From Cyanophora paradoxa CCMP329 (lineage: Eukaryota > Plantae > Glaucophyta): DNA of 64,000 nucleotides. The stretch covers positions 208,576-272,575 of the forward strand of contig QPMI01000445.1 of the NCBI GenBank assembly GCA_004431415.1, written 5' to 3'. Positions 10,279 through 20,953 of the stretch are shown here, piece by piece (positions within the stretch are counted from its first letter, which is position 1; every line of letters starts with the position of its first letter). A program made the translations under genes and the position numbers. Below the pieces are notes generated by a model, which saw only the letters and a program-made list of their open reading frames with translations, ran no database searches and was not told where the DNA came from.

Positions 10279-12154
10279 TCAGAAGGCCGCGGCGCCGGCA
10301 CCCCATCGGCCCCTGAAGCTTCGCGCGCGCAAGTGCACCGCTTCGAGACTCGGGATGGACTTCCGGAGGCGCCTGAGGCGGCGGCGCTCCTCCCGGCGGA
10401 GATGTCGCACCCTGGTGGGGTCCCCCTCGCACCAGGTCCCCAGCTCGCGGAGGTCGGGCAGCGCGGCGCCCACGGCGCGCAGCTCCGCCTTCGTGAGGCG
10501 GGGGACGGCGAAGAGGGCGAGGCTGCGGAGGGCGGAGAAGGGCGCCAGGGCGGGCCCCAGCTCCGTCCACTCGCTCCGGCGCGGCCCCTCCGCCTCGGCG
10601 AACGCGAGCGCTGCTGCGCGATTTTAATTGAGAAATCTATAAATATGCATATATAGGTCTGGCTATAGGACCTAAATGTATGTATCGATTCGCGATCGCC
10701 ATTAATATTTATATACGCGCCAATATTATTATTGGGCGTATACGTATACGTAGAAAGTTTGAATGCGTGCTCTGCGTGTGCACCCTGGGGAGGGGGGCGG
10801 GGGCAGAGGCGGAGGGAGAGGGAGCGGAGGGTGGCCCCGAGGGGCGCGAGGTGCACGAGCAGCGCCGCCACGTAGAAGCGGTTCATGTGCGCCTGCGCGC
10901 CCGCGCGCGCGCCGCCGCGACGTCAGGGCGCATATCCAAGACTAGGGGCTCGCGGGGGATTGCTTGCCCGCTCCTCGTCCTCGCAGGCCTGTACGTAGTG
11001 GGCGCATCCTTCCTCACGCGCCGCCCGCGAGAGGCCGTGCGGGAGCGCGATCTGAAGCGCGAAATGCGCGTTAAGATGCTGAATTTCGAGCTCGAGGGCG
11101 CGCGTCAAGAGAAGATATTTAAAATGTACGAGTTCATGTAATTTTTTGCGCACGCCGCCGTGGGTGATGGAGATGCTCTCGAGCTCGGGGCCCAAGTGCC
11201 GCAGGAAGCGGAGGAAGGGCACCGAGCGGCCCCAGAACTCGGCGTGGGACTGGGGGTCCGGGCCAGCGCCGCCGCTGGCAGCGGTGCAGCCGATCAAGTC
11301 CAGGTCGCGCCCGTACTCCTCCTCGAGCTCCGAGCGGAGCTCCCAGTAGGCCTCGCCCTCCGAATTCGAGTCCGAGTCGACATCGAACTCTTCCCGCACG
11401 ATAGTGTCCAGCTCGAATGTCCGCGCCTGCGTAAGATCGATTTCGCGGAACGGCTTCAGACGCGGACGCGGAGCGTGCACGTGGAAGTCTAGGAGGGGCA
11501 ATTCTAAGATCGCTTCCGCGAATTACATATTATAGCTATAGATCCGAATGCGCCAGCGAGAATTTAGCGAGATTGCGCCAGCGCGACATTCAGCGCTTTA
11601 ATTTCGGCGCGACATCGAAGTCACTCGTTTTCGGAATCATGTATAGCCCTAGATCCAGATCCAGATCTAGATCTAGATCTAGATCAAGACCTCAATATTA
11701 ATTTAGATCGATATCGACGAATCCTCCCCCATGACGCGCGCGCGGCGCGCCTTCACCGCGCCGTGCTCGATCCGCGCCGCCCACGCCCGCAGAATGCGCT
11801 TGGGGTCGGCGATTGGCCACTTCTTCTCGTCCTCGTGTCGAAGGTCAGCGAGGTGCTTGCGAAAGTAGGGCCATGTCAGCGCGAGCGACTGCCAAGTCCC
11901 GTGCTTGCGGACGAGGTCCCGCAGCCGCCGGCTGACGCCCGCAACAGAGTCGAAGGCGTCGGCGGCCCCGAGGTGCTCGAGCACGAGCCAGAGAACATCG
12001 TCTGGCAACGCGTCGAGGGTGAGCTCGAGGGCGCCAACTGCGGCTGCAGGCGCTATCAAAGTCGGCGAAGAAAACGACAGACATACAACGCGCGCTCACT
12101 CTCGTGGCGCGCGCGCTTGCGGCGCTGGCCATGGGTCGGCGGCACCACGGCCAT
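10279..12154 (-). CDS. F-box protein with degenerate LRR-like C-terminus (multi-exon)
   Basis: First exon MAVVPPTHGQRRKRARHE splices into the F-box LDALPDDVLWLVLEHLGAADAFDSVAGVSRRLRDLV. LRR-like segments include LRSLSL, LRSLAL and LPDLRELG; stop at 10279. Confidence 0.75.
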
Positions 12155-12636
12155 CGCGGCGGGCGGCGATGAAGATGGGCTCTCGTGCGCCAGCCGGGCC
12201 GAGCGTCTCGGCGTCGTCGGTTCCATGCGAATATCGATATATATCGATGCGCGGGTGACGGCCGCGGGCGACGGCCGGCGCTGCTTGCGGCTCTGAATAA
12301 GTCGTACCCCTGCCGATCAAGTCACCCGATCTCAGCGGCCAGCGAGCGCCCGAACGAGTACGGCGCGCGGATGTACTCGTCGCGGAACCGGCGCACTAGC
12401 GCGCCGCGCGCCCCGCCGCCTCCCGTCTGCAGGTGCGTTTGCATTTAATTGCGTGCTGCGCCCATGGCCGCGGCCGGCAGCGGGAGAAGGCGCTAGCATG
12501 CCCTTGAATGCCGTTGATTTCATACGGCGATCTGCGGCCCTGGTCTCGTTGAGGCTTAGAGCTGCGTTGCGGGGACGTTGAGGACGTCGGCGCTCGTGGC
12601 CGATCGCCGAGTCAATTAGGCTTGTAGGATCCTCTA

Positions 12637-15200
12637 GTGCTATGCGCTCTAATTGCTGATCGACGAGCACGGGGCGCCGCCTGCAGGTTTTGGAGTGCGG
12701 GGCGCTGCCTTCGAGGGTCATCGTGCACGTTTCGTCACTCGAATGCCTTCGAGGAGCATTCGGAAGTGGCGCTCTGCAGGCTCTGGCTGTCCAGCGGATG
12801 TGCGTGCGGGTCCGCCGCGCTAGCGCTGGTCCGCCGCTTCTCACGTCCCGGCAGTCTGCAAGTTTGGGGCGGACTGCTCCTTCCGCCACACCGGAGACCG
12901 CTTCGGCTGGCGCACAGGGACGGTGCGCCTGCGCCCGTCGCGCGCTTGCCGGCGGCTGCGGTCGGGATTCGATCCGCTGCCCCGCGGGGCGCGCAGGAGA
13001 TCAGGGGCGAGTCGCCGCTGCTGGAGGCCCTGCCGGACGAGCTGCTGGCGCTGGTGGTGGCCTTCCTGCCGCTGCGGGACCGCCTCCGCCTGCGCGCCGC
13101 GTGCCGCCGTCTCGCCGCCGTCGTCCACGCCGCCGAGGCCGCCCTCGACTCCGCCGTGCGCCCCCGCGCCCCGCGCCCGCCGCTCGGCCCCGGGCTCGAC
13201 CGGCGCGCGCCGCAGGCCCTCGGGCTCCTGCCCTCGCGCCCCGCCCTCCTCCGCTCCTTCGTGGACCGCTTCCCGTCCCTGACCGCGATGGACCTCCGTG
13301 GCTGCGAGGCGAGCCCGAGCGCCCCCGCCCCCGCCCCGCCCCTTTCCTCCCCCTCACGCGTTGCCGGGCCGCCGCAGACCGCGCTCTCGACCCCGTGCCT
13401 CCTCGCCGTCGCACGCGCCTCCCCGCAGCTCGAGGCGGGCCCCCGTACCCCCCCTCCCCCCTCGGCACGCGGGGCTCACGCACCCCGGCAGGTGCTGCGG
13501 GTGGCGGGGACGCGGGAGGCGGCGGCGCGCTCGCGAATGGAGTGCGCCGCCTGCATCGCTATCAACAAGTGCGCCCCGCCCTCCGCCCGCGGTTCTGGAG
13601 TCCCAGATTGGAGCCTAGAGCTTTCGTCATGGACAGCGACGCGTCCCTTTCTCTCCCCTCGCCTTTTCCCTCATCTGCGCCGACGCGCAGCGCGCCGGCG
13701 CGGGCGCTGGAGGGCGCGGCGGAGAGCCTGGCGGCCTCCCTCGCCTCCCGCATCTCCGCCACCGTCCGCGCCACCGCCCACCGCCGCCCGCCCCGCCCCG
13801 GCACACGGTGCCCTCCTACCCCGGCCGCGTTCCGGCCCCTGCGTCCCTGCTACGTCCGCCGACGCGCCGCGCCGCGCCGCAGGGGCTCGAAGTGGTCCCC
13901 CGAGGAGACGCCCGACGCGGCCGCCGCCCGCATCGCCTCGGTCGCCCGCTCCATGCGCTTCGGTGGCGGCCCCGCGACCCCCGGCCGCCTTGCTCCGTGC
14001 CGCTCACGCCTCGGTCTTGTCCAGGCGCCCTCCGCGAGCTCGAGATCTGCTTCACGGACGGCGTGCGCCGCCCCTCGGCCACCCGCCGCCCCTCGGCCGC
14101 GCCGGACGCCGCCCCCGCAGCTCGGGGGCCCCGCTCTGGCGTCCCTGCTGGGGGCGGCGGCGGCCGGGGGCGCCCTGCAAACGGTCTCGCTGCGGGGCGA
14201 GCCCTGCCTGACCGACGAGGCGCTGTCGGCCCTCGCCCGCGCCAGCCCCCACCTCCAGGTCCGCCCCTGGCCCGGCCCCTGCGCGCGCCCCGCCCGCTCA
14301 GCGCGCCGGCAGCGGCTGGACGTCTCCTTCTGCGTGCGGCTGACGGACGCGGCGCCGCGCGCCCTCGCCGCCGCCTGCCCCGCCCTTGAGACACTTGCCC
14401 TCGCCTGGTCCGCCCCGCCCGCCGCCCGGCCCGCCGGCCCCCGCGTCTCGCCAAGGGACGGGCAGGTGCCCGTGCCTGACGGACGAGGCGGCGGCGGCCT
14501 TCCTCGCGCACCCGGCCCTGCGCCGGTTCGACGCGACGGGGGCCCGCGGCATCGGCGCCCCCGCCCTCGACCGCCTCGCCGCCTCCAAGCCGCCCCTCGA
14601 GGCCTCCCGCGCCCCCGCGGCCTCCGCGGCGGGGCCGGGGTCGGGGAAGGCACGCGGGGGCGTGGACGTGGCGCGGGACCAGGGCCGGCCCCGCCTCACC
14701 GTCGGGCAGGGGCCCCTCGGCCCCGACACGGTCCCCGCCCCGCCCCCCCGCCCCCCCGGCCCCCCGCCGCCCCGTTGGCTTCTCTCGCGGCTCATCGCGG
14801 GGCGGGCGGGGCCAGATCGCGACGCTGTTCGACGTGCTCTTCCAGTCCATCAGCGACATCGACGAGCTCTTCACCTACGAGGGCCCGCCCCGCCCCTCCC
14901 CGCCGCCCCTCCCCCGCTGAGGGGCGGGGCAGACGCGCCGGCCCTCGGCGCCCTCGGCGGCGTCGGCTTTGTCGACCTCCACGCGTACGGCGACGAGGTG
15001 CCGGCCCCCTCCGCGCTGCCTCTCATGTCGCCCCCCTCGACGCCCTCGTCCCCTCCCAGGACGAGGACGAGGCGGACGACTCGAACGACGAGTACGCCTT
15101 CGAAGGGGTCCGCCCCTCCCTCCCTCCGGCCCCGCCCTGTACCCCGCTCTCCAGGTCCCAGCGCGCGCAGGACCCGGACGTCTGGCACGAGTACGACTGA
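12637..15200 (+). CDS. Tandem CCCH zinc finger / F-box / LRR protein (multi-exon; true start uncertain, possibly ATG 12463)
   Basis: Zinc fingers CRFWSAGRCLRGSSCTFRH and spliced CRLWLSSG.CKFGADCSFRH; F-box LEALPDELLALVVAFLPLRDRLRLRAACRRL; cysteine-containing LRRs (LQRLDVSFCVRLTD, LETLALAWCPCLTD); acidic tail ending DPDVWHEYD. Confidence 0.8.
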
Positions 15201-15395
15201 GCCGGGGCCCGCGCTGCGGCCGGGGCTTGGGCGACATGTACATTACAGCGTGTAATTAACTCGCGACAGCACTGTCGGCTCCTCTCGGAGAGCTCCGAGC
15301 TCGCGGGGCCCGGCGGCCGGCGAGGGGCCAGCGCGGCGGCCATGGCCAGCTGCAGGGAGCCGAGACGGGGGATACGTAGGAGACGCGGAGACCGG

Positions 15396-15468
15396 AGGGG
15401 CAAAGGGTCGCACGCCGTCAGGACTATAGCCCAGGGGCAAAGGGTCGCACGCCGTCAGGACTATAGCC
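15396..15468. repeat. Perfect 36-bp direct duplication
   Basis: AGGGGCAAAGGGTCGCACGCCGTCAGGACTATAGCC at 15396 and 15433. Confidence 0.9.
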
Positions 15469-15479
15469 TATACGCATAA

Positions 15480-15776
15480 GGCTGCGGCCACCCGGCGGCA
15501 GCGCGGGCTACTCCATGGAGCCGCGGGTGACGCCGAGCTGGGAGAGGAGCTTGAGCTCGCGCCAGAGGTCGGCGGCGGAGAGCTCGCCGCGGGCGAGGGC
15601 GCCGTAGCACTCGAGGGTGCGCCGCACGCGCCCGGGCCCCTCGTCCACGAACTCGACCCGGAAGGCCCGCGCCCCGGCCCCCGCCAGCCGCCCGAAGTGC
15701 TCCGCCCCCGTCTGCGCCCTCCCGTTGTACACCGTGTTCCGGCACCCCGCGTCCCCCTGCGCGCGCGGCGGGTCGG
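15480..15776 (-). pseudogene. Inverted near-identical copy of the last exon (with acceptor and part of the 3' UTR) of the U32 gene
   Basis: Reverse complement of ~24742-25044; ORFs 15508-15732 and 24792-25016 differ by one residue (ELSAADL vs ELSGADL). Confidence 0.9.
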
Positions 15777-15825
15777 ATGATGGAATCGAGAGGGAGCCAG
15801 CGCTATGGTCCCTCTTGCACCTTCG

Positions 15826-16994
15826 CTACCTCCGCCGCCGCTTGCGATTGCTTGGAGCTGGTGCTCCCGCCACGGCCCCGCCCCCATCCGCCGTGCCCTC
15901 CGCCGCCTCCGCCGCCTCCCTTCCTGCGCGCGGCCTCCGCGCGGCGGTCCCCTCCTCCGCGGCGGCGGCCGGTGGGGCCTCGGGGGTGTCCGGCAGGGCG
16001 AGGGGCGCACAGGGCGCGGCGGCGGGGGCCCCTCCGAGGAGGGGGGCCCAGGCCGAGTCGGGTACGATGAACCGGTAAGGCAGGTGCTTGTCCGGTCCCG
16101 CGTAGTCGATCCCCACTGCGCCGCGCGCCGTCAATCGCGTCCCCGAGAGGCGTGGGGGGGAAGGGGAGGGGGGGTACCCACCCCGGGGCCCGACGACGAC
16201 GGCGCTGGGGGGTACGGAGATGCCGCGGTCCTCGATCCAGAGGGAGCCCTCGCCGGGGCGCGTGACGGGCCGCGCGTTGTGCTTCACGGAGAGGCCGAGC
16301 GCCGCCGCCAGCATGCCTGCGCCGCGCGGCGCGCCGGTCATGGCGGCGGCGCACGGGGAGCCGGCGGGGGCGGGGCGGGGCGGGGCGCGCCGGGCCCGGC
16401 GGCGACGCGGTCGTCCAGCGCGCCCTTCCCGCGCCGGCGGAGCATCGCCGCGACGCCCTCCAGCGGCTGCAGTGCCCGCACCAGCACCGCGTGCGGCCTC
16501 CCCTCCTCCCGCACCACCACGTTCAGCTGCGCCCCCGCCGCGGGGTCGCTCGCAGGCTGCAACGATGGCCGCGAGGCGGGAGGAGGCCGCACCAGCTCGT
16601 ACATGTGGCACCTGTAGATGTAGGAGACGCCGCAGGGCCCGAACATGACCTCCGTGCGCGCCGTCCGCCGGTTTCCGTACGCGTGGCACGCCCGGTCCTC
16701 TGCGCCCTGCGCATGCACAAGGAGTCGGCGTGAACGATCTGCAGCGGATCTGCTGAGCATTCACCCTCACCGCACCTCGTACGCCTCAGTCTCGGTAATG
16801 ATGCCCGCGGTTGTGCAGCAGCGGCCGTCGAATTCGAAGCAAGTCACCAGGACCTTCCCGAGCAGCGCACGCGCGGTTTCGACTGCCGATCCCAGGAAGA
16901 ACTCCTGTCGCAGCACCTGGCCCGGAACGCCTCCGTACGCGGCGAGCAGCGCCGCGTGGAGCCTCCGCGCCGCCTCCGCCCTCGCCTTCGCCAT
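15826..16994 (-). CDS. MPG: Alkylpurine (3-methyladenine) DNA glycosylase, AAG/MPG family, about 5 exons
   Basis: Motifs ARALLGKVLV, GIITETEAYE|GAEDRACHAYGNRRTARTEVMFG, AVLVRALQPLEG, GPGML, PRVGIDYAG..LPYRF; C-terminal basic NLS-like RKRRRR. Confidence 0.92.
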
Positions 16995-17303
16995 CGAGCG
17001 CGGGTCCCTCGAACACGCCGGAGGCGCTGGCAAAGTTCGGAGAGCGTGCAATGCGGCGCTGCTGGATCGCCCCGCTGGTTGCTGCACCCTGCGGAGTGCC
17101 CGAGAATCGATTCGCCTCGCTGGTTGCTGAGTGATGTTGCCTTGTTGCTTGATGGGGCTATGTGCGCTCGTCAGAGTGCCCGAGAGTCGGCGGTAGTGCT
17201 TTCCACCAAGGCCGCTGGCAAGGCGGTGGGGGGGTATAATAACAAGTCACATCAACAGTACCCCGCCAGCCACCACCTTTTGCGGGCGCTAGGGCGAAAC
17301 AGG

Positions 17304-19968
17304 ATGAGCCCGAGCTCGGCAAGCGCGGTCGGGAACACGGCCGAAGTGCCTCCGCGCATAGAGCCTGGCACGGTTGTCTGGGGGCGAGGCCAGGGTTTTC
17401 CGTGGTGCGTTCTGGCCTCGATATCGCCTTAGCGGAGCGCGCAGAAGCGCCGGCGCCGCGGTCCTATCGCCGCCGACTTCGCTCCGGCGAACCGTATCGC
17501 GAGCTCACACGGCGTCTTCCTAGCTCTCCGAGCCCTCCCCGTCGCTTATTCAGCCTTATCCTCCCTCCCATAGAGCTATTGCCTCGGCCGCGAGGCGTCG
17601 CTCCGCGTTAGCACGTCGCCGAGCTCGACCGTCGCCGCCGACCCCAAGTGCTGGCTCCGAGCCGAGTCTCGAAGCCTTTCGAGAGCGAAAGCGCGGCTGC
17701 GCAACACTCGCTGACGCTACTTTCGCGCCAGGTGGCCCTGCTTGATCGTGGATGAGACGAAGGTGAAGGACGCGCGCGTGCGGGCGGAGCGCAAGCCCGG
17801 GAGGACGCTCTGCATCAGCCTCGGCGACAACAAGTACGTGTGGGTGAAGAAGGAGAACATCCGGTCCGCCTCCGCGCCGCCCGCGGCCGGCTCGCGCCCC
17901 CTGCAGGCTCCTGACTCGCCACGGCTGTCGCAGCGACTTTGAGAGCTGCAGGGGCGAGATATCGAAGCAGAAGGCGCGCGGGGTGGGGCGGGGCGGAGCG
18001 GGGCGGGGCGGGCGGCTGAGGGGGCGGGGCGGGGCAGGTGCGGGAGGAGCTGCGGGGGGACTTCGAGCGGGCGCTGGTGGACGCCGAGGAGTACGCCAAC
18101 GGCGGCGACGCCGACGCCGACGCCGCCGACGACGACGAGGAGGAAGGCGGTTCCTCTGGTGCGCCCCGCGGCGTTTCCCGCCCCGGCCCCGCCGGCGGCG
18201 CTGGCGACGACGCTGAGGGAGGGGCAGGGCGGGCGGGGGAGGCGGGCGGGGCGGGCGGGTCGCCGCGGAGGAACGGGGGCCTGCCGATGTCCGTGGCCGC
18301 CTACCGCGTCCTCACGCAGCGCAAGTCCGCCCTCGCCGCCGCCGACATCGCCGAGGCGAGCCCCCGCCCCCCCGCCCCGCCCCGCCCCGCCCCGCCCGTG
18401 CCCGCGCCGGCGACTGAGGTTGGAGCGGGGCGGGCAGGCGGCGGTGCAGGCGGGGATGCTGCCGGGCCCGGCCGACAGCAAGCTGGCCGAGCGCTTCGGC
18501 AACGCCATCCGCAACCACATGAAGCACCACCACGGCGTGCGCCCCGCCGTTTCTGGCCCCTCCCCGCCCCGCCCAACGGAGCTCGGCCGCAGGCGAGCCC
18601 CTTCTGCCGGGAGGGCAAAGGCCTCTGGGGCCTGCTCCCCGACGTGCCGTACCCCACCTACGTCCGGGGGAGCGCGCGGCCGGCGGCGAGCCCCGCGGGG
18701 CGGGCGTCCGCGGAGGAGCGGCCGCGGAAGCGGAGGCGGCCGGCGCAGGAGGAGGAGGAGGACGGGGAGGACGAGGCGGGGGAGGAGGAGGAGGAAGAGG
18801 ACGACGAGGAGGAGGGCGAGGAGGAGGCGGGGCGGGCGCGGGGGCGGGCGCGGAGCAGCGCGCCGAGCAGCAGCGGCGGGGGTGGCGGGGGCGGCGGGGG
18901 CCTGGTGGCGTCGTCGCCGGAGGCGCGGGCGGCGTGCCGGGAGGTGGCGGAGACGGTGCTGAGGGACGCGGGGCGGCCGCTCTCGCCGGCGGAGATCCTG
19001 CAGCGGGCGCAGCGGGCGGTGCCGGGGCTCGCGGGGCTCGGCCTGGCGGTCATGGAGGGGACGCTGCGGGGCGAGGTGACCCGCCGGCGCGACCGCACGG
19101 CCCTCGTCGCCGTCTCGGGCGACCTCTACGGCCTCAAGGCCTGGACCGAGGTCCCCAAGGAGGCCCGCGCCGCCGCCCGCGCCGCCGCCCGCAGCTCCCT
19201 CGCCTCCAAGCGCGCCCGCGGCGGCGCCGGCTCCGGCCTCTCCGAGGCCAGCGAGGGCGAGGCCGCCGCCTCCCGCCCCGCCCCCCGGGCCCCGCCGCCG
19301 GACGCCCCGCCAGCGCGGGGCCGGCGTCGGGCCGGCCCCATCCGCGCCCGCCGCCGCGGCGGGGGCGGGGGCGAGCAAGGCGGAGCCGGCGGCGGAGAGC
19401 GCGGCGGGGTCTCTGTGGTCGCCAGCGCGCCGGCCGCGCCGGCCCCTCCGGCGGGGGCGCCCCCGACGCGGCGGCCAAGTCCCCGCAGGCGCCGGCGGGC
19501 GCGGCCGCCTCCTCGTCCTCCGCTGGGGCGGCGGCGGGGCGGGGAAGGCGGGGGCGACGGCGGGGGCGGGGCAGAAGGCGGCGGGGCGGCCGGTGTGGAC
19601 GGTGAAGGAGATCTCCATACGGCGCGTCGGGGCCAAGCGCGGCGTCGCGGTGCGCGGCCGCCCCTCGAGCCCCTCGCCCCGCCCCCGGGCCTCACCCTCC
19701 TCCCCGCGCCCGCCCCGCAGGTCGCGTGCCCGCCGACGATGGAGCAGCTGCTGCGGCTCGCCTCGAGCCAGCTCGGCGCCCGCGTCGTCGAGATATGGAA
19801 CAAGGCGCGCCCGCCCCGCCCCGCCCCGCCGCCCCCGCCCCCTCTGAGCGCCGGCCGGCGCCGCCCCCGCAGAACTCGGACCGGGTGAACGACATCCGGA
19901 CGATCCTGGCGACGGCGGGGGACGTCTACTACGGCGCCACCCAGGCCGACGTCGACGCCATCGAGTAG
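17304..19968 (+). CDS. Chromatin protein: PWWP domain, two HARE-HTH-like winged helices, C-terminal KHA/DCX-like domain (multi-exon)
   Basis: PGTVVWGRGQGFPW|WPCLI (PWWP); MSVAAYRVL..AADIAE..FCREGKGLWGL and AETVLRDAGRPLSPAEIL..VSGDLYGLKAW (HARE-HTH pattern); CPPTMEQLLRLASSQLG..DRVNDIRTI. PWWP is firm; the other domain calls are by eye. Confidence 0.75.
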
Positions 19969-20130
19969 GCAGCGGCGGCTGCCCTCGCCCGCTGCGGACG
20001 CGCGCCCCGTCGCGCGTCTACCGTGGCTTTCCAGCACCAGTGAACCCGGACAGAGAGCTAGGGGCAAGAGGAAACAGGCTGGCTAGCTAGCGCGCCCTGC
20101 AGACTCTATGTACACACACCGCAGCACGGC

Positions 20131-20848
20131 CTATCGGACCACGATAACAGTGCAGCCTGCGGGGCGGGGGTGAGCGGGGCGGGGGGGCGGGGCGGGGCGG
20201 GGGCGGGCGGGCCGGCGCTCTTGAGGACGTGCTCGGAGGTGGAGCCCATGAGGAGGCGCTCGGACTCGTTGAGGCCGCGGCGGCCCACGACGAGCACGTC
20301 CACCTTCGCGTCGTCCGCCGCCGCGATGAGCTTCTCCCGCGCGCTCCCCACCAGCTCCACGCACTTCGCCGCCACGCCCGCCTGCTGCGCCAGCGCGCTG
20401 TACTTCTGCAGGATTCCCGCGCTATGCTCCCGCGTCTTCTTGTTCAACTCCTCCTCAATGTGCATGTAGTACGCTTTAAGACCTGCAGCGGGGCTCGATC
20501 AGCGTTGCCGATGCCCGCCGCTCAACCGGCGACGGCCGCGGGCGCCCGGGCCGTGACGGCGGCGCCGCGCGTACGCGGCTAACCTGGATGGTCCACGACC
20601 TCCGCTGCGCGCGGGGACGCGGCGATCGGTAAGTGGAAGGAGAGGGATGACAGCGACAAAGCGCACAGCAGGTCGCGAGGAGGAGCTCGTCCCCCGGCTT
20701 CATCCACGCTCCTAGAGTCATCTGGTATGCAGTAAGACGCCACGACACGGCTGCCAGGCTGGAGCGCGCTGCGCTGGCCCGATCGATACCGCACCCTAAA
20801 CGCTTTGTCGGCGCCCTCGCTGCCATCTACCGCGACGAGGTAGCGCAT
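20131..20848 (-). CDS. Universal stress protein (UspA family), multi-exon
   Basis: MRYLVAVDGSEGADKAF at the N-terminus; GSAREKLIAAADDAKVDVLVVGRRGL..RLLMGSTSEHVLKSAG|CTVIVVR at the C-terminus. Confidence 0.92.
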
Positions 20849-20953
20849 TTTGTCTGTGTACACGAAGTCTTTGATGGTCGCACAGTCTTCGGTTCTTCAC
20901 AGGGGTGTTTTGTAGGGTGTACCCCAGTGGCGGCAGAATCCGAAGGCAGGCGA

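Noticed and set aside
11648-11686. (AGATCT/AGATCC)n run as a regulatory element
   Set aside because: It is a short palindromic microsatellite inside an intron; nothing in the sequence supports a function.
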